Assembly: GCA_017480455.1 (NCBI GenBank)
Contig: JAFVAP010000098.1
Span: 1-63,086, forward strand
Direction: 5' to 3'
Source: Bacteroidales bacterium
Lineage (GTDB): Bacteria; Bacteroidota; Bacteroidia; Bacteroidales; P3
DNA length: 63,086 bases
Shown here: positions 8,353-17,325 of the stretch, piece by piece
How the letters are laid out: each line of letters opens with the position of its first letter
Numbering within the stretch: position 1 is the stretch's first letter
Notes under the pieces: generated by a model
Told to the model about the DNA's origin: nothing
The model's input: the letters and a program-made list of their open reading frames with translations, nothing else
Database searches by the model: none
Made by a program: the position numbers and the translations under genes

Positions 8353-9702
8353 ATGAAATTATTTGATAAGATATTTAAAAGAAAAATTTACAATGAAAAT
8401 TCAGAAAAACAAATAAATAACATTTCTGAAAAGAAAAATTATTTAGAAATAGTTGATGACGGAACGGAAAATGTACTTGAAAAAGACGGCATAAAAATTA
8501 AAATTAAAGAGGACGGTAGCGTTAAAGTATCATTTGACAAAAGTTTAACAGTTCAAGGTAAAGAAATTCCTCTAAATATTTCTTTTAAAAGCATTGAAGA
8601 ATTTAGTAATTATTTAGCAAATATAAATAAAATAAAAGATGACCCAAATTCTTGTCATAGAGAACCCAGAGAAAATGAAATAAAAGTTAGTTGTGAAGAA
8701 TTTGATCCATTAAAAAGTTTTGTAGATAGAGAATTAGGCTGGAAGATTTTTAAATTAAAAAATAAAGCAATATTTAACGGGTATAATAACTTTATTTTAA
8801 GCAAAAGCGAATATTTACAAGCAAAACAATCAGCGGAAGACTATAAACGTAAAACAGAACTATTGAATACAACTGCATCTCTAAATTTACAGGGCATAGA
8901 GTTTGAAAAACAAGGCAATATAAAAGAGGCAATAAAACTTTATGAAAAGAATGTTACATTAGGTTATCCAGCCACACATTCATATAAACGATTAGCAATT
9001 TTATATAGAAAAAATGATGATAAGGAAAACGAATTGAGAATTTGCAACCTTGCAATAGAAAAATTTAGCAAAAATGAAGAAGTAAAATCATTCTTCCAAA
9101 AAAGAATAGATAAGATAAATAATGTAAAAAAACAATTGATTTTACCAACAGAACTAAGTTATTATGACGTAAAAGTTCCGTTATACAGACAATTTTTAGC
9201 ATATAGAACATTGATACCCGAATTTGATTTTTATACAAAAAATGATTATTCTTCCATATCCATTATTCTAAAAGATAATAAACATATAACAAAAATACAG
9301 AATTTTATTGCTGAATTTACAAGATTGTATCAACAAGCAAAAAACTATGAGGAAGAGGGAAATTTAAAAAAGGCGTGTGTCTTTTATGAAAGACTGCTTT
9401 CTGAAGAATATTTTATGACTACTCCTTACGATAGATTGATAAAGATTTATTCAAAATCTAAACTAAAAAGTGCTGAAAAAGAGGTTTTAGAATACGCTAT
9501 TAAATTTTTTACAGATAAAAGAAAAAACGATGCAACGTATATTTCAGAATTAGGAAAAAAATACGGAAAATCTGAATTTGTAAAAGAACGAATACAGAAT
9601 AATGAGAAGATAACATATTACTTTGGAATTTTTGAGTTTTACAATCCTTATAAGATAATAGACAAGTGGCAAGAAAGATTAACAAAATTAAATACACAAT
9701 GA
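8353..9702 (+). CDS. TPR-like repeat protein of unknown function (prophage cargo on the lysogeny side)
   Basis: The ATG at 8353 is preferred over the track's TTG at 8341. There are two copies of a ~60-aa module: EKQGNIKEAIKLYEKNV...YKRLAILYRK and EEEGNLKKACVFYERLL...YDRLIKIYSK. Confidence 0.65.
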   Translation: MKLFDKIFKRKIYNENSEKQINNISEKKNYLEIVDDGTENVLEKDGIKIKIKEDGSVKVSFDKSLTVQGKEIPLNISFKSIEEFSNYLANINKIKDDPNSCHREPRENEIKVSCEEFDPLKSFVDRELGWKIFKLKNKAIFNGYNNFILSKSEYLQAKQSAEDYKRKTELLNTTASLNLQGIEFEKQGNIKEAIKLYEKNVTLGYPATHSYKRLAILYRKNDDKENELRICNLAIEKFSKNEEVKSFFQKRIDKINNVKKQLILPTELSYYDVKVPLYRQFLAYRTLIPEFDFYTKNDYSSISIILKDNKHITKIQNFIAEFTRLYQQAKNYEEEGNLKKACVFYERLLSEEYFMTTPYDRLIKIYSKSKLKSAEKEVLEYAIKFFTDKRKNDATYISELGKKYGKSEFVKERIQNNEKITYYFGIFEFYNPYKIIDKWQERLTKLNTQ

Positions 9703-9887
9703 CAAGGACAATAAAAATATCGGATTATCTGCAACCGAAGTTTTATTCTTGTATGAGTAAAGGAATGTTTGCAAAGTTAAATAAAGCCTTTGCTGACGGT
9801 TGCACTGAAATTGAGGTTGAAATATCGGACTTTGAAACGATGATGTCTAATTACAAAGAAAAAATGCGTTATGTCCAGGGCGATTAA
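9699..9887 (+). CDS. Hypothetical small protein (62 aa)
   Basis: Its ATG overlaps the upstream TGA (ATGA at 9699-9702), which suggests translational coupling. Confidence 0.45.
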   Translation: MTRTIKISDYLQPKFYSCMSKGMFAKLNKAFADGCTEIEVEISDFETMMSNYKEKMRYVQGD

Positions 9888-10176
9888 AGATATTTCATTA
9901 AGACAGGAAATTAACGCAAGATTTTTTCAAGTAATAGATTTGTTGAAGTCAAACGGCACAATGAAAGGTTTAAACGGTTTTTGTAAAGAACACGGGTTAA
10001 ACGTTCCGAAATACTATAAGATACGTTCGCAAAATGAAATGTTAAAGGGGTTTAAATACAAGTTTATTGATATTGAAGCCTTGTATTATATTTCATTGGA
10101 TTATAATATTTCTTTGCAATGGCTGTTTTACGGTGTCGGTCCTATGTTTGAAGACAAACGTAAAAAATCAAACTGA
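9871..10176 (+). CDS. Phage CI-repressor-type HTH protein
   Basis: The ...ISLQWLFYGVGPMF motif is typical of the CI-repressor N-terminal HTH family. It overlaps the previous ORF by 17 nt. Confidence 0.55.
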   Translation: MSRAIKDISLRQEINARFFQVIDLLKSNGTMKGLNGFCKEHGLNVPKYYKIRSQNEMLKGFKYKFIDIEALYYISLDYNISLQWLFYGVGPMFEDKRKKSN

Positions 10177-11526
10177 TTCTTCTTCGTCTTCCAATAATTC
10201 AATAGCGGATTGTTTTGTTTCATCTGTTATTGTACGGTAGCGTGAAAATGCCCTTGAATGTTCGGAGTGTCCTGTCATTGATGAAATGATGTTTGGGTCG
10301 TGGATTTTGTTATAAAGATTGCCTCCGAATGTACGGCGTGCAAGATGAGAACTTGCAACTTCATAAAGTGGTTTTTGCTCCGCAATTCTCGTTTTTGGGT
10401 TTAATACAGTAACTACGCGGTCAAGTTTTGCATACTTAAAACATTCTTTGATTTTTCTGTTATAGTGTTGCTCCGTAAATTGTACAGGAAATAACAAATC
10501 CCTTTCACCGTCTGAATACTTGTTTATGATTTCCTTTGCTGTTTTTGTCAATGGCACTCTTATTGTTTTAGGGTCTTCTCCTTTTGTTTTCTCTTGGATG
10601 TATTCTATTGCTCCGTTTATAATATTTCCTTTTTTTAATTTGAATAAATCACCAACACGGCAACCTATCAAACATTGAAATACGAAAATATCTTTGTATA
10701 ACTCTAAATTTTCCGTACTGTCTGAATAATCGCAATTATATAATTGATTTCTTTCTTCAATAGTTATATAAAACGGTGTTCCGTAAATTTCTTTTGGTAT
10801 CTTGTACTTTGCAAAAGGATTGTTATTTGTGTATTCATTGACTATTGCCCAATTTATAAAAGAACGGAAAGCACGCAACAACTTATTAACTGTATTCATA
10901 CTTCTTGCTCCAATCGTTCTGCTTACGTTTGAAAAAACATCTTTTAAATAAGGGTCTTTCTGTAATTCTGCACCGTTATAATAAAACATTCCGAAATCTT
11001 GCAATGTTTCACTGTCAATAGTACTTAAATTCAAGGTGTATGCAGAATTTTTAACGGCTCTTATATATCTTTCATAGCGTAAAAACTCGTCCCTTATATT
11101 CTTATGTAGTAAAACTCTTTTCGGCGATAATTCAACGCTCTTTAATTCAATATATTTATTATAGACTTCTACAAAATCAAAAGCGGATTTGTTTTTGTAC
11201 CGTTCAGGGTACATTTCAATTAACATATATTTACGAAAATTCTTTGCGTTGATAATATCCGTACTATTCAAAAGATTTTCAAATGAACGCCTTGCAAATA
11301 CTTTCAGTTCCGCAATTCTGTCCGTCAAATCTCTTGCCTCGTAACGTTCAAAAGGTAAAGCGTGCGGTCCTGCTTTTACTTCCTCTTTCTTTGAGTTCCA
11401 AAGATTAGTTTTTACTTTAATACCTGTATTGAAAGACAAGTTTATATTTCCTTTGCTTTCTCTTAAACGCAATAAAACATTGGCAAATTCATTTTTGCCT
11501 GGTATGATAATCGCCCTTATGGTCAT
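10168..11526 (-). CDS. Tyrosine site-specific recombinase / integrase (Bacteroidota type with N-terminal arm-binding domain)
   Basis: C-terminal catalytic motifs (...RVGDL..., HLARRTFG, MTGHSEHSRAFSRY). The start is set at MTIRAIIIPGKNEF (11526) rather than the track's 11598. Confidence 0.85.
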   Translation of the reverse strand: MTIRAIIIPGKNEFANVLLRLRESKGNINLSFNTGIKVKTNLWNSKKEEVKAGPHALPFERYEARDLTDRIAELKVFARRSFENLLNSTDIINAKNFRKYMLIEMYPERYKNKSAFDFVEVYNKYIELKSVELSPKRVLLHKNIRDEFLRYERYIRAVKNSAYTLNLSTIDSETLQDFGMFYYNGAELQKDPYLKDVFSNVSRTIGARSMNTVNKLLRAFRSFINWAIVNEYTNNNPFAKYKIPKEIYGTPFYITIEERNQLYNCDYSDSTENLELYKDIFVFQCLIGCRVGDLFKLKKGNIINGAIEYIQEKTKGEDPKTIRVPLTKTAKEIINKYSDGERDLLFPVQFTEQHYNRKIKECFKYAKLDRVVTVLNPKTRIAEQKPLYEVASSHLARRTFGGNLYNKIHDPNIISSMTGHSEHSRAFSRYRTITDETKQSAIELLEDEEESV

Positions 11527-11555
11527 TGTCAAAAAAAAGTAAATTGTTCCGACTG

Positions 11556-11563
11556 CAAAAGTA
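11556..11563 (-). promoter_or_regulatory. -7 box TActTTTG upstream of the integrase
   Basis: The plus strand reads caaaagta, 30 nt from the integrase ATG. Confidence 0.4.
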
Positions 11564-11678
11564 AAAATTTTTGCCGAATTATTGCCAAGAAAATACAAAG
11601 TTTTACAAAGTTATGAAAGTAAAATCGCTGAAAATCATAATAAAAATAAAAAAGGAGTTGATATTCAACCCCTTATTG

Positions 11679-11749
11679 TTGTCCCATCAAGATTCGAACT
11701 TGAGTTAAGAGAGCCAGAATCTCTCGTGTTGCCACTACACTATGGGACA
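11679..11749 (-). tRNA. tRNA-Gln (anticodon CTG), 71 nt, CCA not encoded
   Basis: Hand-folded cloverleaf: acceptor TGTCCCA/TGGGACA, D stem GTGT/ACAC, anticodon stem AGAGA/TCTCT with loop TTCTGGC, variable loop TAAC, T arm TCAAG-TTCGAAT-CTTGA. There is a U1-A72 pair, as in bacterial tRNA-Gln. Confidence 0.85.
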
Positions 11750-11842
11750 ATTTACTTCCCTTTCTCCCCTGCTAAACCGTACTCTTCTTTCTTCGGATTT
11801 TACCACTGCCAAATTAAGCATAAGTTCCCCGAATTCAAGTTG

Positions 11843-11850
11843 CAAAGGTA
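11843..11850 (-). promoter_or_regulatory. -7 box TAccTTTG upstream of tRNA-Gln
   Basis: The plus strand reads caaaggta, about 90 nt upstream of the tRNA 5' end. Confidence 0.35.
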
Positions 11851-11887
11851 CTACAAAAAAAACTTATGACAAAGTTTTTAAAAGATT

Positions 11888-13156
11888 TTATTTTAAACTT
11901 TTAATCCGTATCTCGCATTCAGGGAAGAATGTTGTATTTGCTTTATTCTGATTTTCAATTTGTTTTAGTAATTCTTTGTTGGAAGAACCTCTTGTGGTAA
12001 TGTTTGTTGCAGACACACCTTGATTGACAAGATAATCTCTTATTGCGTCTGCTCTTTTCTTAGAATTTTCATTATCTTGTCTCAAGTTAAGCCCGTCTGT
12101 TGCTATTCTTCCTATGATTTCGACATTTATGTTAGGGTATTGAACCAACGTTTGTGCAATTTTGTCCAATATAGGATAAGAATCTTGAAGCAATGTAACG
12201 GAACCGTCTTCTTGATTGTCAAAAGAGAGTTTTCCGTTTAAAGGAATGTTGCTGCCAATCTTTATTTCAGAAAGTTTTACACTTAGAATGCTGTCTGCAG
12301 GGTTGATTAAACCGTCGTAACTTACACGTGTCTGATAGTTAAAATAGTTATCCTTTGTTATGTAAATATCGTATGTCTTGTCAGGAAGGATTTTTACTTT
12401 TGTGTTTCCCGCATTGTTTAAGTTCATCAACTCCATTCCGTTTGACACGTCTTTTATCCTTATGTTTGCAGTAGTTCTTTGTTTTGTCAAACTGTCAATA
12501 GGGTTGATGTATAATGGTCTATACGGAGTGACAATCTCGGCTTTGATGCTGTGTCCCAAACCTTCGTCCTGTAAATCATCTAAGACAATGATATAAGACT
12601 CACCCATCTTGACGTCAATGTATTTTGCATGGGATACAGAGGAAGATTTAGGGATATTTGCCAAAGTTCCTGTAAGAGAAAGTCCCGTTGCACCTTTTTG
12701 AGAAGGGTCTATGGAGGACATAACGCTTCTTATAGGTTTCACACGGTTCTTTTCGACCCTGTTACAAAAGTATTTGTCAGTGTATTTGTAGACCAAGAAA
12801 TCATAATCGTCCAATTCACTCTTCGGCTTTATATCTATTATCAACTTACCGTCGTAAGGGCAGTCTATCTTATACCAAACACTGTTGTGCTCTTTTTCAA
12901 AGACGTTCTTGGTTTGGGCATCCTGTTGTATGTCATTGACAAATCCGAACCCGTTCAAAGGTTCTGTAGGTCCGAAAGTAGAATCCAGCATTAAGGAAAC
13001 GGCAAACAGACAATCGGCAGAGCGTTGCGGAAGAGGGATTTCAGCAGGCTTTTCTATAACAGGCTGAGGTTTCTTTTTCTTCTTTTTCTTTGTTTGCGCA
13101 AAAACTCCGGGTACAATCATGCAAGCTAATAATAAGAAAACTATATATTTTTTCAT
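11888..13156 (-). CDS. OmpA-family outer-membrane/peptidoglycan-associated protein
   Basis: Start reset to MKKYIVFLLLACMIVPGVFAQ (signal peptide). C-terminal OmpA-like domain (...NSKKRADAIRDYLVNQGV...). Confidence 0.75.
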   Translation of the reverse strand: MKKYIVFLLLACMIVPGVFAQTKKKKKKKPQPVIEKPAEIPLPQRSADCLFAVSLMLDSTFGPTEPLNGFGFVNDIQQDAQTKNVFEKEHNSVWYKIDCPYDGKLIIDIKPKSELDDYDFLVYKYTDKYFCNRVEKNRVKPIRSVMSSIDPSQKGATGLSLTGTLANIPKSSSVSHAKYIDVKMGESYIIVLDDLQDEGLGHSIKAEIVTPYRPLYINPIDSLTKQRTTANIRIKDVSNGMELMNLNNAGNTKVKILPDKTYDIYITKDNYFNYQTRVSYDGLINPADSILSVKLSEIKIGSNIPLNGKLSFDNQEDGSVTLLQDSYPILDKIAQTLVQYPNINVEIIGRIATDGLNLRQDNENSKKRADAIRDYLVNQGVSATNITTRGSSNKELLKQIENQNKANTTFFPECEIRIKSLK

Positions 13157-13187
13157 GGTTATGTTTTTATGAATTATTGTTCTGTGG

Positions 13188-13195
13188 CAAAGATA
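13188..13195 (-). promoter_or_regulatory. -7 box TAtcTTTG for the OmpA-family gene
   Basis: The plus strand reads caaagata, 32 nt upstream of the ATG at 13156. Confidence 0.5.
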
Positions 13196-13260
13196 GATAA
13201 AAAAAATATTATAAACTAATTTTTTATGATATTTTTTTGTTTTGTACAACATTATATGAT

Positions 13261-13294
13261 AAAACGGGAAAATCCGAAAGGACTTTCCCGTTTT
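13261..13294 (-). terminator. Intrinsic terminator-like hairpin downstream of the carbamoyltransferase gene
   Basis: AAAACGGGAAAATCC-GAAA-GGACTTTCCCGTTTT forms a ~14-bp stem with one mismatch and a GAAA loop. A/T runs on both sides could allow it to act in both directions. Confidence 0.6.
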
Positions 13295-13321
13295 AGATAA
13301 CCTATAGAAATGCTTTTTAAA

Positions 13322-14323
13322 TTAATCACCTAAAGTTGCAACCATAACGGCTTTGATTGTGTGCATACGGTTCTCAGCTTCATCAAATACTATGGAAGCA
13401 TCTGATTCGAATACGTCCTCAGTTACTTCTATGCCGTCAAGACCGAATTGTGCATTGACATCTCTTCCGACTTTGGTTTCCAAGTTGTGATATGCAGGAA
13501 GACAATGCATAAATTTGCATTTAGGATTGCCTGTCATTTCCATCATTTCTTTATTTACTTGGTATGGTTTAAGCATATCTATTCTTTCTTTCCAAACCTC
13601 AGCAGGTTCACCCATAGATACCCATACGTCAGTGTAAAGGAAGTCACATCCTTTTACACCTTTCTTTACATCGTCAGTGATAGTTAGGGTAGCGCCTGTT
13701 TCTTTTGCTATTTTTTTGCAAGTATCAACCAATTCCTTAGCAGGTTGAAGTTTCTTAGGAGCAACGATTCTTACGTCCATACCCATTTTTACTCCGCCGA
13801 CCATAAGAGAATTTCCCATATTGTAGCGTGCATCACCTATGTAAGCATAAGATACTTGGTTCAAAGGTTTGTCTGTGTGTTCTGACATTGTAAGGAAGTC
13901 AGCCAAAATCTGAGTTGGGTGGAACTCATTAGTTAATCCGTTCCATACAGGTACGCCTGCGTATTCAGCCAATTCTTCAACTATTTTCTGCTCAAAGCCT
14001 CTGTACTCAATGCCATCAAACATTCTTCCGAGAACTCTTGCAGTGTCTTTCATACTTTCTTTAACCCCTATTTGGGAACCTGTAGGGCCAAGATAGGTTA
14101 CGTGAGCGCCTTGGTCGTGAGCAGCAACCTCAAACGCACATCTTGTACGTGTAGAAGTTTTTTCAAATATCAAAGCAATGTTTTTTCCTGTAAGGGTCGG
14201 TTTTTCAGTACCTGCATATTTTGCTCTTTTAAGGTCTCTTGCCAAATCCAACATATATTGGATTTCTTTAGGAGTGAAGTCTAATAACTTCAAGAAATTT
14301 CTGTTTCTTAGATTGAAAGCCAT
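13322..14323 (-). CDS. argF: Ornithine carbamoyltransferase (canonical ArgI/ArcB type)
   Basis: STRTR, HPTQ, DVWVSMG and HCLPA motifs. As I recall E. coli ArgI, the sequence is collinear with it along its length (e.g. [15 protein letters not shown]). Confidence 0.9.
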   Translation of the reverse strand: MAFNLRNRNFLKLLDFTPKEIQYMLDLARDLKRAKYAGTEKPTLTGKNIALIFEKTSTRTRCAFEVAAHDQGAHVTYLGPTGSQIGVKESMKDTARVLGRMFDGIEYRGFEQKIVEELAEYAGVPVWNGLTNEFHPTQILADFLTMSEHTDKPLNQVSYAYIGDARYNMGNSLMVGGVKMGMDVRIVAPKKLQPAKELVDTCKKIAKETGATLTITDDVKKGVKGCDFLYTDVWVSMGEPAEVWKERIDMLKPYQVNKEMMEMTGNPKCKFMHCLPAYHNLETKVGRDVNAQFGLDGIEVTEDVFESDASIVFDEAENRMHTIKAVMVATLGD

Positions 14324-14386
14324 TTTTTTTCGTTTTTTTTATTTGTTAATAATTTAAGTTCGTTTTTTTATTGTCAAATCCCGGTG

Positions 14387-14394
14387 CAAAGATA
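14387..14394 (-). promoter_or_regulatory. -7 box TAtcTTTG for argF
   Basis: The plus strand reads caaagata, 64 nt upstream of the ATG. Confidence 0.5.
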
Positions 14395-14436
14395 CAACTT
14401 TTCTTTAAATTGTTTGTAGGAATGCTAAATATTTTA

Positions 14437-14444
14437 TACCTTTG
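14437..14444 (+). promoter_or_regulatory. -7 box TAccTTTG for the 14477 operon
   Basis: Exact TAnnTTTG match 33 nt upstream of the ATG, with TTTG about 20 nt further upstream. Confidence 0.5.
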
Positions 14445-14476
14445 CGCTACAACGAATCAAATAAAACATAACGAAG

Positions 14477-14965
14477 ATGAAAAAATTAATTTATTCAGTT
14501 CTCTTATGCTTAATGTTAAGCATAGGGTTGAATGCACAAAACGTTTTGGTGGTGCAGCGAACCGACCAAACGGAGCAGAATTTCGATATTGGGGAAAACG
14601 GATACATTTTTCTGAATGAGGCAAATGATGAAACACCCGGCTATGTCAGTATTGTGGATAACGGAAATACGGTTACAAACATATATTTCGAAGACATACA
14701 AAAGATGTATTTCAGTTCCGTTTTATCAATAAGTACTGTAGAGAATATGAGTAACGTAATTCTCTATCCAAATCCTGCAAATGACTATATCAAAACGGCA
14801 GGAGGCGGACTCGGAAAGCGGAATGTGATGATATATAGCCTTGACGGAAAACTTTTAGTTCAAGGACAATACTCCGAAGATGAAAAGATAGACATTTCTT
14901 ATTTTGAAAAGGGAATGTATATCATAAAAATAAATGACAGAACCTTTAAATTCTCAAAACTATGA
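14477..14965 (+). CDS. Small secreted protein with T9SS type-A C-terminal sorting domain
   Basis: Signal peptide. C-terminal ...ILYPNPANDYIK...IYSLDGKLLVQGQ...GMYIIKINDRTFKFSKL. Confidence 0.75.
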   Translation: MKKLIYSVLLCLMLSIGLNAQNVLVVQRTDQTEQNFDIGENGYIFLNEANDETPGYVSIVDNGNTVTNIYFEDIQKMYFSSVLSISTVENMSNVILYPNPANDYIKTAGGGLGKRNVMIYSLDGKLLVQGQYSEDEKIDISYFEKGMYIIKINDRTFKFSKL

Positions 14966-16974
14966 AAAAGATAAGCCTTTTATTTTTAGTAAGCCTTTTC
15001 TCAATTTTGGGATTGAGGGCTCAGGATACAGTCCTTATGTATCACAACGGAAGTGTCGTTTATCAGAATAACGTAGGTAATGTTTCTTCTTTGAGAATGA
15101 CGGACAACACATCAAATCTTCTCATTGACGAAACTTCAAATACTTTTGCTCTTCCTGTAAGTTCCATAGACAGCATAGTTTTTTCCTCCCACGGAGCAGA
15201 GTATTCTAACATTGTTTACGTAACTTATGATGAAGATACGGCTTATGTGGTAAATACTACCGGAAGTGACGATATTGATATAAGCATAAACGGAGCTGAT
15301 GTAAGTATAATAACCAATGCAGGTCTTAACGGTATAGAATATTTTTTGAGCGGAACTTCTTCAAACGGCTCTTTCTACTTGGAATCCGATAAAAAATTCA
15401 AACTATCTCTCGGAGGTCTTGATTTGACTTCTCTTTCCACCATTCCTATCAGACTTAAGAAAAACAAGACAACAACAATCAATGTTGTAGACGGAACAAC
15501 CAACGTGCTGACAGATAACTCTGCTTCCGACGGAAAAGCAGTCATAAATACAAAAGGGGAAACCACATTCAAGGGAGCGGGAACTCTTACCTGCATTGCA
15601 AATAAGAAAAACGGTATCTCTTCTGACAATCCTTTGATTTTTGAAGAACCTAACCTGAATATTACTGTCAATGCAAACGCAGGCAAAGGTATAAAATCCG
15701 ATATTGATATTACCGTCACAGGCGGAAACATCAGTATAACTCCTGCAGGAACTGTTGTCTTAGAAGAAGTCGGCAGCGGTTACGACCCTTCTTATTGCAG
15801 CGCCATAGGTGCAGACAGCAACATATTGATAAGCGGCGGAAATATAACTATAGATATTCCTTCTTCCAATGCAGGAGGCAGGGGTATAAAAGCGGACGGA
15901 AACATCACGGTTACAGGTAATGCCGTTATAAATATTACTTCTGCATCTGACGGAACAACATACACGGATTCCACCGGAACTACGGATTCATACACTTCTT
16001 CATGTATAAAAGCGGACGGAAATTTGCTTATTGACGGAGGACAAATCACCATTGCAGCATCGGGACTCGGCGGCAAGGGTATAAACATTGACGGAACAAT
16101 AACAATAAAAGACGGAGAGAATACTTCACCTAATATTAACGTTTCTGCAACGGGTGAACACTTTGTTGAATCCCAAGGTTCGGGATGGTTCAGCGAGACG
16201 GACTATGCCCAACCCAAGGGAATAAAATCAAAGAGTAACTTCTACATATCGGGAGGTACTGTTTCGGTTTATACTGAGAATGACGGCGGAGAAGGATTGG
16301 AGAGCAAGGATACTATGTTTATCTCGGGCGGAGAAATAATACTCAATACCTATGACGATGCCATCAATGCGGCTAACCATATTGATATATCGGGCGGAAG
16401 AATTTATGCTCACGCAACAGGTAATGATGCAATAGATTGCAACGGAACGATGACAATAAGCGGAGGCTTGGTCGTTGCTATAGGACAATATGCACCCGAA
16501 TGTGCTTTTGACTGCGACCAAAATACTTTTAAGATTACGGGAGGAACACTTGTCGGCATAGGAGGAGACAATTCTTCACCGACTTCTTCCGTGACAACTC
16601 AGAGAGTTCTTATCAAGAGTCAAGTAAGCAGCAATCAAGATATAAGAATTACTGATAATTCCGGCAATGATATTCTTACATTCCGTATACCTGAAATCAC
16701 AGCCATGCAAGGAGGACAAGGCGGCGGTCCCGGCGGATGGTGGGCGCCTTCAAATGCACCCGGAGGCGGTCCGGGCGGCGGTCCGGGAGGTCAAGGCGGC
16801 AATTCGTTGAAGTTATTCTTCTCTTCACCTAACCTTTTGGCAGGAACATATAAATTTTATACAGGCGGAACAATATCGGGCGGTGATGAATTTAACGGAT
16901 ATTTTGAAAATGCAAGTTATACCGGCGGAAGTTCATCTTCTGTTACAATTTCATCGATGATAACAAGCAATTAG
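14962..16974 (+). CDS. Secreted beta-helix repeat protein, Cthe_2159-like carbohydrate-binding family, with Gly/Pro-rich insert
   Basis: Signal peptide. Repeated ...GKGIK(S/A)DG(N/D)ITVTGG.I.I... units. A GGQGGGPGGWWAPSNAPGGGPGGGPGGQGG segment. The start overlaps the previous stop (ATGA). Confidence 0.65.
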   Translation: MKKISLLFLVSLFSILGLRAQDTVLMYHNGSVVYQNNVGNVSSLRMTDNTSNLLIDETSNTFALPVSSIDSIVFSSHGAEYSNIVYVTYDEDTAYVVNTTGSDDIDISINGADVSIITNAGLNGIEYFLSGTSSNGSFYLESDKKFKLSLGGLDLTSLSTIPIRLKKNKTTTINVVDGTTNVLTDNSASDGKAVINTKGETTFKGAGTLTCIANKKNGISSDNPLIFEEPNLNITVNANAGKGIKSDIDITVTGGNISITPAGTVVLEEVGSGYDPSYCSAIGADSNILISGGNITIDIPSSNAGGRGIKADGNITVTGNAVINITSASDGTTYTDSTGTTDSYTSSCIKADGNLLIDGGQITIAASGLGGKGINIDGTITIKDGENTSPNINVSATGEHFVESQGSGWFSETDYAQPKGIKSKSNFYISGGTVSVYTENDGGEGLESKDTMFISGGEIILNTYDDAINAANHIDISGGRIYAHATGNDAIDCNGTMTISGGLVVAIGQYAPECAFDCDQNTFKITGGTLVGIGGDNSSPTSSVTTQRVLIKSQVSSNQDIRITDNSGNDILTFRIPEITAMQGGQGGGPGGWWAPSNAPGGGPGGGPGGQGGNSLKLFFSSPNLLAGTYKFYTGGTISGGDEFNGYFENASYTGGSSSSVTISSMITSN

Positions 16975-17044
16975 TCTTAATCTTCGCTGCACCGAAAGAA
17001 TTGTTTTTCAGAAAAAGAAAAAAAACATTCTTCTTTATGGTGTA

Positions 17045-17131
17045 ATGAAATAAAGATTCAGAAAAATAAAACTAAGTTTCAGTGAAGCGAAACTTAGTTT
17101 TATTTTTTTTAAATCAAGTTTTATTTTTTTC
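17045..17131. repeat. Intergenic palindromic repeat, copy A
   Basis: Perfect 18-bp hairpin AAAATAAAACTAAGTTTC-agtgaagc-GAAACTTAGTTTTATTTT (17063-17106) followed by a T run, flanked by degenerate copies of the unit. It starts about 70 nt after the stop at 16974. Confidence 0.8.
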
Positions 17132-17325
17132 TTTCTTAATTTCCCTGTAGGCAGACCTTTTTTTGCCGACAGTTTTTTCTTTTTTATTTTTTGTATAAGT
17201 TTGTTTTGTTTCTTGTCTGTTAAGTATGGACTTTGTTTATTTAAGTCTCTGCATTATTTATAATAAAAAAAGGAAATTGACGTTATACTTTTTGAAATCA
17301 TACGAAAAGAAATAATTTTTTTATT

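Larger units (their letters stand above)
1..11678. mobile_element. Integrase-proximal arm of a temperate phage / integrative element inserted at the 3' end of tRNA-Gln; the left boundary lies outside the window
   Basis: The tyrosine integrase (10168-11526) abuts the 3' end of the tRNA (11679). To its left are repressor and excisionase-type HTH genes and a RecT/ATPase/MBL/replication module. These genes are tightly packed and often overlap, and the region is visibly more AT-rich than the flanking chromosome. No capsid or tail genes are in the window, so phage versus another integrative element is not settled. Confidence 0.7.

Noticed and set aside
11582-11951. ORFs 11582-11869 and 11742-11951 (+)
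   Set aside because: They run through the tRNA-Gln gene and its flanks. The translation is simply the tRNA read as protein (…PSRFELELREPES…).
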